Below, piece by piece: positions 1-9,900 of a stretch of DNA of 39,816 nucleotides. A program made the position numbers and the translations under genes. The stretch covers positions 1 to 39,816 of IMG/VR virus record IMGVR_UViG_3300031965_000479; one strand, 5' to 3'. Each line of letters starts with the position of its first letter. The first letter of the stretch is position 1. The notes beneath the pieces are model-generated. The model was not told where the DNA came from. It saw only the letters and a program-made list of their open reading frames with translations, and searched no databases. The DNA comes from a virus (taxonomy: Duplodnaviria; Caudoviricetes).

Positions 1-127
1 TGCCTCCTACGCCGGTGATCGTGACTTGCTTGCCGGTCGATAGGTTGTGGGATGTGCCGTAGGCGATCTTGATTGGGGTGGCGTTCGTGGCGCCTGTGAT
101 CGGACCTGTGAACGGGTATGTCGCCGG
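1..127. repeat. Terminal direct repeat, left copy (circular assembly overlap)
   Basis: 1-127 identical to 39690-39816; 127 is a common assembler k-mer; an ORF reads through the junction. Confidence 0.95.
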
Positions 128-688
128 CCAGCTCGGCTCCGTCGTCCCCGTCGTGCCGCCGGTGATGCACAGGAATGCCTGACCGTGCTTATACGCAACG
201 CGGTTCCGCGGGACGATTAGATCTCCGGCGATCTTCGCCGTAGATTGCCACCATCGTGCGTGGTTCGCTCTGTCTCCCTTGATACGGTACCAGATGCCAA
301 GCCCGTCGAGTTCAGCCCCGTCGCTGCGGCTGTCTCCGTCGTCGGCGTCGGAGCCAGAGTTATACGACTCCAAGGCGAAGCCGTGGCCAACCCCCGCGGC
401 GAAGATGAAGTTGGTCTTGGGAAAGACGGTCCCACCACCTGCGCCCCGGATGCGGATCGGCTTGTTAACAGACAGTTCCGCGGACATGTAGAAGTTGCCC
501 TCTTTGATCCACAGGTCGCCCGGTGCGGTGTCATAGAGGCCATCGGCCATCGCGATAGCCGTCTGCATGACCGCGAGATTATCGGTGATTCCATCTCCAA
601 CCATGTTGTCGAATGCGTACACCGTAGCCGCGCTGTCGCTGACTGCCGCGCCAGGGACGCCGGCGGGAGAGCCAACTTTGTATGCCAC
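1..688 (-). CDS. Tailspike/receptor-binding protein, 5' part (continues across the origin to 38362; about 671 aa in total)
   Basis: GTG at 688 abuts upstream stop; manual translation MAYKVGSPAG...VGDGITDNLAVMQTAIA...IRIRGAGGG (pectate-lyase-like beta-helix start), open through the junction into 38362..39558. Confidence 0.8.
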   Translation of the reverse strand, partial: MAYKVGSPAGVPGAAVSDSAATVYAFDNMVGDGITDNLAVMQTAIAMADGLYDTAPGDLWIKEGNFYMSAELSVNKPIRIRGAGGGTVFPKTNFIFAAGVGHGFALESYNSGSDADDGDSRSDGAELDGLGIWYRIKGDRANHARWWQSTAKIAGDLIVPRNRVAYKHGQAFLCITGGTTGTTEPSWPATYPFTGPITGATNATPIKIAYGTSHNLSTGKQVTITGVGG

Positions 689-1501
689 CTAGGCGACGCC
701 CCATTCCGACGTGCCGGCGCGGAGGATCACGGCGCCGTAGGCCGTCGCGATTTCGATGTTTGCCGCCCCGTCCACGGTCTCCGACCCGTCCGGTGTGATC
801 GTGAGCTTAACCCCAGCTGCAGTCGTGGCGGCACCCTTGATCTCAACTCGGAACCCGACCGGAACCGCCGCCAGCGCCGGGAGGCTAACGATCCGAGTGG
901 CGGTGTGCGTTGCATAGCGCACGCAGCCGTCGGCAATGGTGATCGAAGTCGCGGCGTCTGCCACTTCGCGATACGACTCGGCGATGCCAGTGGAGAAAAC
1001 GGCACCGCCGCCGGTGCGCAGCCGGAAGCGCTCCGCGCTGTTCTGCGCGAAGATCATCGGCTTGTCTTGCAATAGGTGGAACAGCAGCGCCGTGAAGTTC
1101 GCGGTTGTGTCGGACGTGGTTCCGAATGACGCCAGCCCAGCTTTGTTAACCCCAGGTACCAGCGTTCCGGCGGTGGCGTGCCCCCACACCGTCATGTACA
1201 GATAGGCGTTGTTGTAGTTGATCGCGGCAACGTCAACCGTGTTGTCACTCAGGATGCGCGCGGTTCCCGTGCCGGAAACGCCAGGCGGCGACACATCAAG
1301 CACTGTGCCAGGAGTGGTCTTGTTGATCCCTAGGAACCCCGACGCCGTGATGAACTGGAGAGCGGCACTGTCGATGGTCCCGTCTCCGGAGGCGTTGGTC
1401 CGTACGACGGCGTCGGCGCCGGCCGGCACGTGACCCCCGCTCGCGCTACCACCACCGGCGGTCTCACTGTCCAGTTCGAACGCAGCTGCGTGGGCCATCA
1501 C
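689..1501 (-). CDS. Tail fibre/minor tail protein
   Basis: Thr/Gly/Ala-rich; GFLGINKTTP..LDV and NSAERFRL fibre-like motifs; position in tail module. Confidence 0.65.
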   Translation of the reverse strand: MMAHAAAFELDSETAGGGSASGGHVPAGADAVVRTNASGDGTIDSAALQFITASGFLGINKTTPGTVLDVSPPGVSGTGTARILSDNTVDVAAINYNNAYLYMTVWGHATAGTLVPGVNKAGLASFGTTSDTTANFTALLFHLLQDKPMIFAQNSAERFRLRTGGGAVFSTGIAESYREVADAATSITIADGCVRYATHTATRIVSLPALAAVPVGFRVEIKGAATTAAGVKLTITPDGSETVDGAANIEIATAYGAVILRAGTSEWGVA

Positions 1502-1932
1502 GCCACCTCATTCGCGTTCGCCATTGCACTGAGATCGCCGGCGCCCGATGACCACGCATACTCCAGACGAATCCGCATCGGCCCCTTTTTCACGCGGAAG
1601 CTGAACGTCCCTGCCGCGCCGACTTCGATCGTCCCAGTGGTGGTCTGAAGACCAGTGGCCTCGTCGATGTAGTAGACGCTGAGTTTCTTCCAGCCGGTGT
1701 CATTCGCCGCGTCCTGCGCCGGCGTCGGCGTTGCGCTCGTGGCGATGCCGAGCGCGGCGCGATAGTCGTTCTCGTTCAAGTCGTTGAACTTGACCGTGAT
1801 GACCCCGACCGCCGTTGACGTAGACCCGCCGCTGATGAACAGGTTTCGCGTGCGCGCTGAGACCACGGCGCTTTTGTACGTGCCGGTGGAAACCGCGACC
1901 GCATCGAACAGTTTCTGTGGTTCGTAGATCAT
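1498..1932 (-). CDS. Putative virion protein
   Basis: 144 aa beta-rich, coupled by ATGA overlap to fibre gene. Confidence 0.55.
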   Translation of the reverse strand: MIYEPQKLFDAVAVSTGTYKSAVVSARTRNLFISGGSTSTAVGVITVKFNDLNENDYRAALGIATSATPTPAQDAANDTGWKKLSVYYIDEATGLQTTTGTIEVGAAGTFSFRVKKGPMRIRLEYAWSSGAGDLSAMANANEVA

Positions 1933-1936
1933 GAAA

Positions 1937-3598
1937 TCACTTCCCTTCGCGTGCTCTGCGTCGACGTGCGATCTCTTGGGTGATCTTCGCGGCCCGGCCG
2001 TCCTTCGCCTTAACCGAGCGCTTCAGTTCCTGGGCGAGTTCCGCGTCGGTCGGTCCGGCGGCGGAGCCTCGGATCGTGGCCTCGGTTACGGCGTCGTTCT
2101 TCTCGGCGTCGAGCACGCGGACCCCAGATGATGCAGCCGGGCCGGATGGGCTGGCGAACGAACCAAGCCCTTTCTTGGCGCCGACCATGCCGTCGAGTTG
2201 TTTGCGGCGGATGTTGATCAGCGTGTCGAGATACTGTGCGTATTCCTTCGGTCCGCGCGACGAGAGAGCGGACGCCGCCTCGGCAGCCTTGCGGTCTCCC
2301 TCCTGAATCACGCCGCCATAGGTACGCGCCTTTGCAGCATTAGCGCTCTCGATGCCGCCGTAGATATCGGGCGACTTCTTGAATCGCTTCGTGTCTAGTA
2401 ACTGGTCCGGCGACGTCTTGCTCAGGTCGCTGTTTTCCAACGAAGCGATGCCGACCATGGCGTTGCCGATGCCAAGCGGCATCTTCGATGCGATGTCTCG
2501 TTTGCGCTCGTATTCGGCAAACTTGTTTTTCGACTCGACGACATGCTGGAAATCCTCAGGGTTCTCGACCGCGTCCCGTTTCAGTTTCTCCAGGGCGTCG
2601 ATATCCGCCTGGGCCCCAACGACGGACTCGATGTCCTCGCGCGCGGCAAACCCGCGCTTGTCGGCGGCTCCGGGCTGCGGTGTGCGGACGGTGATCTCAG
2701 AGCGAAGCCCCTCGGTGCGCTTCTGTTCGATGAGGGCGTCTGCCTTCGCCTTCGCCGCCTGCTTCTCCGCGGTCAGCGCCTCGGCCTTGGCCGGTCCGTA
2801 GCCCTTGATCACGCGATCCCAGGCAGCGTCCGAGATGTCCAGGTCATATTGCGAGCGATTCGCGGACTTGACGATCTCCTTCGCCCGGGCCGCTTCCCAT
2901 GCCGGTCGATCCTTCAGTTTCAGGTCGCGGGCCTCTTTCGAGGCCTCCCACTTGCTGACCATCATCTTTTCGTAGTCGTTGATTCGAGTGATCAGAAAGC
3001 GCTCGGCCGGGGACATACCGTCTCGGCCCATGCGTGCCTGCTCGCCAGCCGCCACCGACTGGACGATGATCGCGAGTCCCTGACCGACAGGGTTCCCCGA
3101 CCAGAATTTCGCCTTCGCCTCGCCGGCGGCGATCCCGTCCCGCGCTGCCTTGCTGGTCAGCTCGCGTTCTTCCTGGTTCCGCGCAGCAACCTTAGCCTCG
3201 TAGTCGGCTTCGGCCTGTTCCTGGCGCGCGCGGTTCGCCTCCATGATGGCCGCCCGGTCCGTCGCCTGGTTGGCCGTGGCTTCGGCTTCCTTACGCTCGA
3301 CGTCGCCGACCTGGCCGGATGCCTTGATCTCGGCGTCCTGCGCCTGGCCGAGGACCTTCTGGTTCGCCAGCTCAGCCCCGGACGCCACGGGCGTCTTGAC
3401 CTCGCGCGCGGCGGGGGCCGGGAACAGCGAGCCACCCTCGGGGATCTGAATCGTCGACCCGCCCGGCGGCGCGCCCCCGGCGCCCGCGGCATTGACCACG
3501 GGGGCCACGCCAGGCATCGCCAGCGGGTCCGCGGGAGGCGGGGGGCCAGTACCATCGTCCGCCACTGCGCCGGTCTGCGGGTCAGTCAGGAGGGCCAT
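1937..3598 (-). CDS. Internal virion/DNA ejection protein
   Basis: 553 aa Ala/Lys/Glu-rich helical; downstream of nozzle as in podoviruses. Confidence 0.6.
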   Translation of the reverse strand: MALLTDPQTGAVADDGTGPPPPADPLAMPGVAPVVNAAGAGGAPPGGSTIQIPEGGSLFPAPAAREVKTPVASGAELANQKVLGQAQDAEIKASGQVGDVERKEAEATANQATDRAAIMEANRARQEQAEADYEAKVAARNQEERELTSKAARDGIAAGEAKAKFWSGNPVGQGLAIIVQSVAAGEQARMGRDGMSPAERFLITRINDYEKMMVSKWEASKEARDLKLKDRPAWEAARAKEIVKSANRSQYDLDISDAAWDRVIKGYGPAKAEALTAEKQAAKAKADALIEQKRTEGLRSEITVRTPQPGAADKRGFAAREDIESVVGAQADIDALEKLKRDAVENPEDFQHVVESKNKFAEYERKRDIASKMPLGIGNAMVGIASLENSDLSKTSPDQLLDTKRFKKSPDIYGGIESANAAKARTYGGVIQEGDRKAAEAASALSSRGPKEYAQYLDTLINIRRKQLDGMVGAKKGLGSFASPSGPAASSGVRVLDAEKNDAVTEATIRGSAAGPTDAELAQELKRSVKAKDGRAAKITQEIARRRRAREGK

Positions 3599-5247
3599 CA
3601 GCGGGCCTCCCGGGCGCGACGGTGGCGAAGTGTGGCGGCGGCCATTTCGCTCACTTCGTCGTCCTCGTCGACGGGCTTCGCCGCCTTGGCGCGGAACGTC
3701 TTGAGCGTCGCCTTGATGGCCCGGGCCAGCGCCTCGGGCGTGTCGACCTCGCCAGCGTCGTCGGCCGCCTCGGCGTTGAACGGCGCGGCTTCGATCTCCA
3801 GGGCCCGCGCCAGGCGCTGCGAGAGCTTGCCCTTGATGGGCACGATGACTTCGGGGCGCCCGGCCTCGCCCACGTGGACGACGCGGCCTGCGGTAACCGC
3901 GCCGCCGTGGGCGGCCGCGATGGCTCCTGCCACTCCGGCGGCCGCTGCGCCCCCGGCCGGCGTGGTCACGGCGCCGACGCCCAAGGCAAGTAGGCTGGTC
4001 AGGGTCGTGGTCCAGAATGCGCGGTTCTGACTGGCCTGAGCCCGCTCGGCCTCGCTGATCTGGCTGGCCAGGCGCTTTTCCTCGAGGGCGATCTGCCGAC
4101 GGGCGATTCCGATCGCCTCTTGACGGCTGTCCTCGTTCAGGAGGCCCTTCGCGCTGTCCTCGATGGCCTTCTGCGCCTTCATGCGCAACTCGGCCTGCTG
4201 GATGTCCTGGACGCCGCCGGCGACATTCGCGGCCAGAGCCGCGGCGTTGTTCGCCGTGCCAGCCGTGACGCCCCGGTCAGCATTGCCCGCGGCGATGTCC
4301 GCGTTTGCCTTTTGCTCGTCGCGGTCCAGATCAGCCATCTTGGTCGTGATGGCCTGGATCCGGTCCGCGTCGTTGTTCCTGCGGGCATCGTCGAGGGTCG
4401 CCTGCAGCTCCTTGCGCTTGGCGTCGAAGTCTGCGACCTTCCCTTGCGCCGCCAGGCTGGTCTGGGCGTCCGATTCGGCGATTTTCGCGTTGCCGGCCAC
4501 ACTGGCCTCGCCGCGCGCCTGGATCGCGGCCAGGCGGGCGCCCGCGCGCTCATTCCCGCGGGCCTGGGCGGCGGCCGCGTTCATCGTCTGCGAGTCGCGC
4601 AACATCTGCTGGCGGTAGCGAGCTGCGGCGGACTGCTGGCCGGCCCCCTGCCCACGGGCGGTAGCCTGCAAATCCGCGGTGTTGGTCGCTTCGACCGCGG
4701 TCCCCTCCTGCATCGTCGCGGCGAGGCGAGCGGCGGGGGTGATATTCTGGACCTGATCAGGAACGATCGCCTTGAACGTGTCCCGGGCGTTCGGGTCGTT
4801 CGTGGTGTCCTTCTTGATGCCCTCGAGGACTTCCTTGCCCTCGGTGATCCCGTCTCGATACTGCTGTCGCGCGTCCTTTACCTCCTGCGACTCTACGGGG
4901 TTCGTGCCGGCGGGGTCGTTCTTCCCTTGGTTGTTCGGGTTCTCGACGCCCGACGCGCGGAACTGCGCGTCCACCTGGCCGGACGCGTTCTGCAGCGCAG
5001 CCTTGCGCGCGGCGCCCGGGTCGACTCCCTTGGCGATCAAGTCGTCGAAGATTCCACGGGACTGCGCGGCGATTTCAGCTGCGCGGGAATTGCCCGCGGC
5101 TTCCCCCATCAGCCCTTGCAGCTGCGGCTTGTACGCTCCGAGGATCTCGTTGTAGAGATTCTCGGAGTCGAGCTGATTGTTCTGCACCTGAGTGGGCGCG
5201 TACTTACCCGCTTCGGTGTTCTTACCGCCCAGTCCTGGAGTCGCCAT
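3598..5247 (-). CDS. Internal virion/DNA transfer (pilot-like) protein
   Basis: 549 aa Ala/Gln-rich coiled coil, hydrophobic Gly/Ala segment, HGGAV..VGEAGRPEVIVP motif. Confidence 0.6.
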   Translation of the reverse strand: MATPGLGGKNTEAGKYAPTQVQNNQLDSENLYNEILGAYKPQLQGLMGEAAGNSRAAEIAAQSRGIFDDLIAKGVDPGAARKAALQNASGQVDAQFRASGVENPNNQGKNDPAGTNPVESQEVKDARQQYRDGITEGKEVLEGIKKDTTNDPNARDTFKAIVPDQVQNITPAARLAATMQEGTAVEATNTADLQATARGQGAGQQSAAARYRQQMLRDSQTMNAAAAQARGNERAGARLAAIQARGEASVAGNAKIAESDAQTSLAAQGKVADFDAKRKELQATLDDARRNNDADRIQAITTKMADLDRDEQKANADIAAGNADRGVTAGTANNAAALAANVAGGVQDIQQAELRMKAQKAIEDSAKGLLNEDSRQEAIGIARRQIALEEKRLASQISEAERAQASQNRAFWTTTLTSLLALGVGAVTTPAGGAAAAGVAGAIAAAHGGAVTAGRVVHVGEAGRPEVIVPIKGKLSQRLARALEIEAAPFNAEAADDAGEVDTPEALARAIKATLKTFRAKAAKPVDEDDEVSEMAAATLRHRRAREAR

Positions 5248-5249
5248 GG

Positions 5250-8200
5250 TTATCCAATCCTCCGGCGCGCGTCTTGCGGGCGCTTGTAGACCCCGACTTC
5301 AACAACCCCACCGTCGAACTCTCGACCTTCGCCGGTCGCGGATGTCTCTTGAATTCGAAGCGTGAAATGGCGGGTTCTGTTGAGCCCCGTCATGAAGGCG
5401 ACGTCGGCAGTCGCGTTCGCCACGTCCGGGTGTGCCTCGGTGTTGCCGACGCTGTCGGTGAGCGTGTAGGCGTAGGCCGAATCGCCGCCAAGCTTGGTCG
5501 ATGAGAGCTGCATCTCGAACGTGTCGAACTCGCCCAGGGGCTGGGCTGGCTGGAACGGCCCCGTGGTCCAGTCGGTCAGCACAGCCGTGCCGTTGTCGCT
5601 CCAGCCGCTGCCCTGTTGCCAGCTGGCGGTTGCGCCGGCGGTGCCGGCCTCCATTTCCACCGGGACGCCGTCGATGAGCTGGCACCCAACGGCCGGCGCG
5701 GCCGTCAAAGGAGAGCTGTTGTCCTCGTACCACTGCCCCGCGGGCTGGTCTGGCAGGGGGCGCGTGTAGTCGAGGATCAGGCGCTTGCCAGAGGCGCACG
5801 AGAAGCGCAGGACGCCCTTGGTGCTGTCGTGAACAGCGGCGGTGATAACCTCCGACCGGTAGGCGTCGAAGCCCTGGGAGATCGGGGTGACCTGCTGGCC
5901 TGACACGAGGCAGACCTTCCCATCTCCCTTGCGCTGAAAGTAGACCCCGAGGGGACCGCTGACGACGGACGCGGGATTGTCGCAGCCATCTGCGCCGGGC
6001 AGGCTGACGGCCTCCCAGGCGCCATTGAGCGCGATTCCGTCGAGACCCTTGCCGGGCACTCGGGCGATCTTGTCTTGGCGAAAGAGCACCATGCCTGCCT
6101 CGCCGTCGGACGCGAATGCCAGTAGCTCGCCAGTGCCCTCGGGCCAGCGGAATGCCAAGGCTGCGTTGAACTCGGCGCCACGGGCATCCTGGTAGACCTG
6201 CGACGTCCAGATGCGATCGTCCGGGGTCCCGCCCAGGACCGTGCGATCTCCGTGGACCATCGCCAGGCGGCATGGCGGCGGGCTCTCGTTCTCGAGGGCC
6301 GCGCCGAAAGAGTAGAGCAGCTCGCCAGAGTCGTCCCAGTCCAGCGGGTAAACGTCGAGATCAATCGTGTCCACCGTCGGATCGTTGGCGAAAAACTTCT
6401 GCAGGTACGGGTCCGTGCCGCCGTCCACCGAGCCGAACAGGCCAATCCAAGTCGGCCCAATCACGTGACGAAGAGTCGGGAGGCGAAGCACGTAAAGCGG
6501 CGACGGGCCTCCCTCGCCTGCGGTGTAGACGTGGAAGATCACGGTGGACAGCGGATACGGCGCCGACCAGGTAACCTTGTCGTCGCTGTCCTTCGTGCCA
6601 TACGCGATCGTCACCACGTTCGTGCTGTGGACGGTGACCTCGCCTCCGTCGTTGATGAGGAACACAGGTGTGTACGGAAAGTGCAAAGGCGCCAGTTCGC
6701 GGACGGCGTCAGACTTGCCCACCAATTTCGCCACGCCTCCCGGCGACACGCCCGGGGCCGCGGAATGGTATGTCTCGCCGGCTGTCGAAATCGTGACCAC
6801 AGTCGGCGACGGACTGGTAAGCGTGAGGCCCTCGCTCATCAGCGGAACAATGACGTCGGTCCCGGACACGATCGGAGTGACGACGTGCGAGCTGTAATCG
6901 GGGTAGACGTACTCACCGCTCGGGTCAGGCGGGTCAACGAGGCCGCCGGCATGGAAGATGCCTGCCCCCTCGCGATGCAGGATCGTGGTGATGATCTCGC
7001 CGTCCGCGCTGCGCAGGAAATAGCCCTTTTGCAGCGGTTCGTCGACGCCGGCGTCAAATCCCGTGATGAAGTACCAAGACGATCCGACCTGGAAAGGGCG
7101 AGACGCGAGCCAGGCGCTGCGGCCGCATTCGAACGTCGCAGTGGACGATCCGTTGTAGGTGTACCGATTCGTCACGCAGCTCGGACCTCCGTCGGCCGAG
7201 TTCGTTGGGTCGAGCGACAGGCTGGCGTAGACCACACGGTCCCCATTGGCAGCCAGGTGGCCGCCGGTGGTTCCCAAGACGATGGTCGTGTCGGGGGTCT
7301 GATCGAAGGTGGCCAGCGACAACTCGGTGTTGCCCATCGTGGTCGCGTTGATCGCCTGCAGTGTCACCTGTCCCTTGTTCGCCGCAGAATCTGGACGCCA
7401 GTAGGACAGGTAAAAGACGTTCGATGCACCGGTGCCGAATATGCACATGCCACCGGTGACACCAAGGTTCGTATCGACCACGCCGGCCGGCGTGAAGATT
7501 GCTCCAACCGCCATGGCGCCGGTGCCGGTATCGAGGAGGGATACGTAATGCCCGAAGAAGTGGAATCCTCCGAGAGTCTCAAGAAGGGACGCAGCGACGA
7601 CGATCGTCCCATTTGCCAGCTTATGCGCGTCGATCGAAGTGCAGTTGACGCCGCCTCCGCTCCCGGTGTTGTAGGTCGTGATCGTGGGCGAAGCGGCAGC
7701 GGACGTGAACTTGTGCGCGATGATGGTCTCGCGCGCGGTGTGCGTGATGTAGAACAGCCACACATTGCTGCTGTCGTCGACGACAACGGCGTACATCACG
7801 ATCCCGTCGGCCGCCACCTTGCGGGTCTCGTTCTTCGTCAACCTGGTCACCGGGTCAACGATCGTCAACTGGTAACCAGTGGTCCCGGCGACCTCAGTTC
7901 CGAGCGAGAACACCCACAGGTCTGAATCGACCATCACGGCCAGTGGCTTGTGGGCGCGCCCGAAGTTGGCCTGATTTTCCGTGCGGAACCATCGAGGAGT
8001 CGCACGCAGGTCCTGGCCGCGGAAGTGGCCCTCGCCGTCGGTCTCGTTCTTGACCCACCACTGCGAGCTGGTGTCGCGAAACAGAAGCGCGTCGTGCGGC
8101 AGCATCTCCGTGCAAGGGCCAGCATAGGTCCCGCCGTTGAACGTGCTGATCGCCGTCCGGTCGTAGCCGTTGCGCTTGCGCGGCGGCCCGTCCTTCGGGC

Positions 8201-8330
8201 GCCGCACGTTCTTGGCGACGGTCAACTCGCCGGGCGACAGCTCTCGCTCATGCTTGTCGGTGCGGACGCCGCCCTTCCAGGACCAGCGCATCTGCTGCTT
8301 GGCGGTCAGGCTCATCAGATGGCCACCCAT
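5250..8330 (-). CDS. Tail nozzle/tubular protein B-like (gp10 stabilisation type)
   Basis: 1026 aa beta-rich; N-terminal GGVRTD..PGEL..AKNVR..RKRNG and GCDNPASVV..GVYF motifs; start may be ATG 8315. Confidence 0.7.
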   Translation of the reverse strand: MGGHLMSLTAKQQMRWSWKGGVRTDKHERELSPGELTVAKNVRRPKDGPPRKRNGYDRTAISTFNGGTYAGPCTEMLPHDALLFRDTSSQWWVKNETDGEGHFRGQDLRATPRWFRTENQANFGRAHKPLAVMVDSDLWVFSLGTEVAGTTGYQLTIVDPVTRLTKNETRKVAADGIVMYAVVVDDSSNVWLFYITHTARETIIAHKFTSAAASPTITTYNTGSGGGVNCTSIDAHKLANGTIVVAASLLETLGGFHFFGHYVSLLDTGTGAMAVGAIFTPAGVVDTNLGVTGGMCIFGTGASNVFYLSYWRPDSAANKGQVTLQAINATTMGNTELSLATFDQTPDTTIVLGTTGGHLAANGDRVVYASLSLDPTNSADGGPSCVTNRYTYNGSSTATFECGRSAWLASRPFQVGSSWYFITGFDAGVDEPLQKGYFLRSADGEIITTILHREGAGIFHAGGLVDPPDPSGEYVYPDYSSHVVTPIVSGTDVIVPLMSEGLTLTSPSPTVVTISTAGETYHSAAPGVSPGGVAKLVGKSDAVRELAPLHFPYTPVFLINDGGEVTVHSTNVVTIAYGTKDSDDKVTWSAPYPLSTVIFHVYTAGEGGPSPLYVLRLPTLRHVIGPTWIGLFGSVDGGTDPYLQKFFANDPTVDTIDLDVYPLDWDDSGELLYSFGAALENESPPPCRLAMVHGDRTVLGGTPDDRIWTSQVYQDARGAEFNAALAFRWPEGTGELLAFASDGEAGMVLFRQDKIARVPGKGLDGIALNGAWEAVSLPGADGCDNPASVVSGPLGVYFQRKGDGKVCLVSGQQVTPISQGFDAYRSEVITAAVHDSTKGVLRFSCASGKRLILDYTRPLPDQPAGQWYEDNSSPLTAAPAVGCQLIDGVPVEMEAGTAGATASWQQGSGWSDNGTAVLTDWTTGPFQPAQPLGEFDTFEMQLSSTKLGGDSAYAYTLTDSVGNTEAHPDVANATADVAFMTGLNRTRHFTLRIQETSATGEGREFDGGVVEVGVYKRPQDARRRIG

Positions 8331-8593
8331 AGCTGACAGGTCGTCGGGCTCGCGGCATAGACGCGGACGTGGGTTCGAGTCACCTCCCCGACGGTGGTTG
8401 CGCCGCCGGCTGCGTTTCCGATGGTCTGCGCCCAGGCGGCGCGCGGGGTCCGGCGGGTCACGCCGTGAGGTACGAGCGTGCCCGCGGCGGTCGCGATGAT
8501 AGCACCGCCGTTCGGCAGGGTCAGCACCGGCCGCACTTCTTGGTAGTCAGTGAGAGCCTCGCGGATCGCCCGCATGACGTCCGGGAGGTTCAA
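8315..8593 (-). CDS. Small virion-associated protein
   Basis: Overlap-coupled between adaptor and nozzle. Confidence 0.5.
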   Translation of the reverse strand: MNLPDVMRAIREALTDYQEVRPVLTLPNGGAIIATAAGTLVPHGVTRRTPRAAWAQTIGNAAGGATTVGEVTRTHVRVYAASPTTCQLWVAI

Positions 8594-9249
8594 TACCCGA
8601 GCACCTCCATGAAGCCGGCGAGGTCAGGCGTGATTCCGTATTCCTTCCAGAGCGCCGACGCAGCGGCGTCACGCAGGCGATCCGCGCGCTTGATGAAAAC
8701 AGCGGAGTCGTTGCCGTCGTCCTCGGTGACCTGCGCGCAGGCGCGAGCGACGAGCACGTTCTCCGTAGTGACTGGGATTAGAAACGGGTCACTCGGCGAG
8801 CCGGTCACCAGATCCGCCGGCGTGTTGTAGTACATCAGCCGAAACGTCCCCGCGACTTCGCCTTCCGGATGCAGGACGATGACGCTTCCGCGACGCTCCC
8901 ACTTCGGGCGCTCCTCGCTGCATCCCATCGCGTGCTGGCGCGGATCGTAGGTGTTCGCGCTTGCGACCGAGTCCCACTCGTTGACTTCATTCAGGCGCTG
9001 CAGCAGATAGACCTGCTCGAACGTGGTCGAAATGGTCACTGGCGAAATCGTCCCGCCCGCGGTCACTACCTGGTCGCTCGAAGTCACGACGTAAAGCTTC
9101 GGAGCCAAGCTCTGCAGCTCTGTCCGAAGCTCCCGGTAAACGTCGTTCAGGATGATGTCGAGATTCGTGTCAGTGAGACGGACGGTGTCCCCGACGTGCC
9201 TGGTCCGCACTCGGACCTTTGCGCGGGCCTGGGCGAGCGACAGGGACAC
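8590..9249 (-). CDS. Head-tail adaptor/tail tubular protein A-like
   Basis: 219 aa; SLAQARAKVRVR..LNDVYREL helix pattern; position. Confidence 0.65.
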   Translation of the reverse strand: MSLSLAQARAKVRVRTRHVGDTVRLTDTNLDIILNDVYRELRTELQSLAPKLYVVTSSDQVVTAGGTISPVTISTTFEQVYLLQRLNEVNEWDSVASANTYDPRQHAMGCSEERPKWERRGSVIVLHPEGEVAGTFRLMYYNTPADLVTGSPSDPFLIPVTTENVLVARACAQVTEDDGNDSAVFIKRADRLRDAAASALWKEYGITPDLAGFMEVLGY

Positions 9250-9255
9250 CTTTGG

Positions 9256-9453
9256 TTAGCCTTCGTTGCAGGCGGCCAGGAGCTTCTTGAACGCGGCCAG
9301 ATCCTTGATCCCGGCCTTTTCTGCCAGGAGCTCCTGGCGCTTTGCCCCGAAGTCCACTTCCTCGGTGGACTCTTCGGCATCGGCAGACTCGCCGCCCTCG
9401 GCTTCGTCTGCCGCCTCCTCTTCGTAGACGGCGAGCTTGCCTTTGCCGAACAT
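9256..9453 (-). CDS. Small acidic hypothetical protein
   Basis: 65 aa, fills gap in head operon. Confidence 0.55.
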   Translation of the reverse strand: MFGKGKLAVYEEEAADEAEGGESADAEESTEEVDFGAKRQELLAEKAGIKDLAAFKKLLAACNEG

Positions 9454-9456
9454 GGC

Positions 9457-9873
9457 TTAGGCCACGGTGACGGTGCCGACGGTTGCGAACGCGTCCCAGA
9501 CCAGGCCGTCCGCCGAATAGAACGTCACCGCCCGGGGGGCGGTGGCCGCCACGAAGGTCGCCATGGACCACACGTTCTGGGTGGCGTTTCGCATACCGGT
9601 GACCGTGATGTCAGCGATCGGAGTGCTCGCGCCGGTGATGATTTGGATGGTCTTGTACTGACCCGCGAACGTCGGCGCCGCGAGCGTATACGCCACGGTG
9701 CCGGTGACGTCCAGGAGCGTGGTGCGAACGGCAACGGAGCAAGCTCCGGTCGCCGTGACGGTCTCGACGGCCTGGTTGTAGAGTTCGCGGTCGACGACGG
9801 CGTTGACCGAGTTGCGCTGTTCCAGAGAGCCGGACGGGAGGTGAGTAACGGTGCCGGGGAGAGTGACTGACAT
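9457..9873 (-). CDS. Putative capsid decoration/minor head protein
   Basis: Thr/Val-rich beta protein right after MCP; AAGGAAA SD. Confidence 0.55.
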   Translation of the reverse strand: MSVTLPGTVTHLPSGSLEQRNSVNAVVDRELYNQAVETVTATGACSVAVRTTLLDVTGTVAYTLAAPTFAGQYKTIQIITGASTPIADITVTGMRNATQNVWSMATFVAATAPRAVTFYSADGLVWDAFATVGTVTVA

Positions 9874-9900
9874 GGTGGTTTTCCTTTGAAATTGCGGCGA

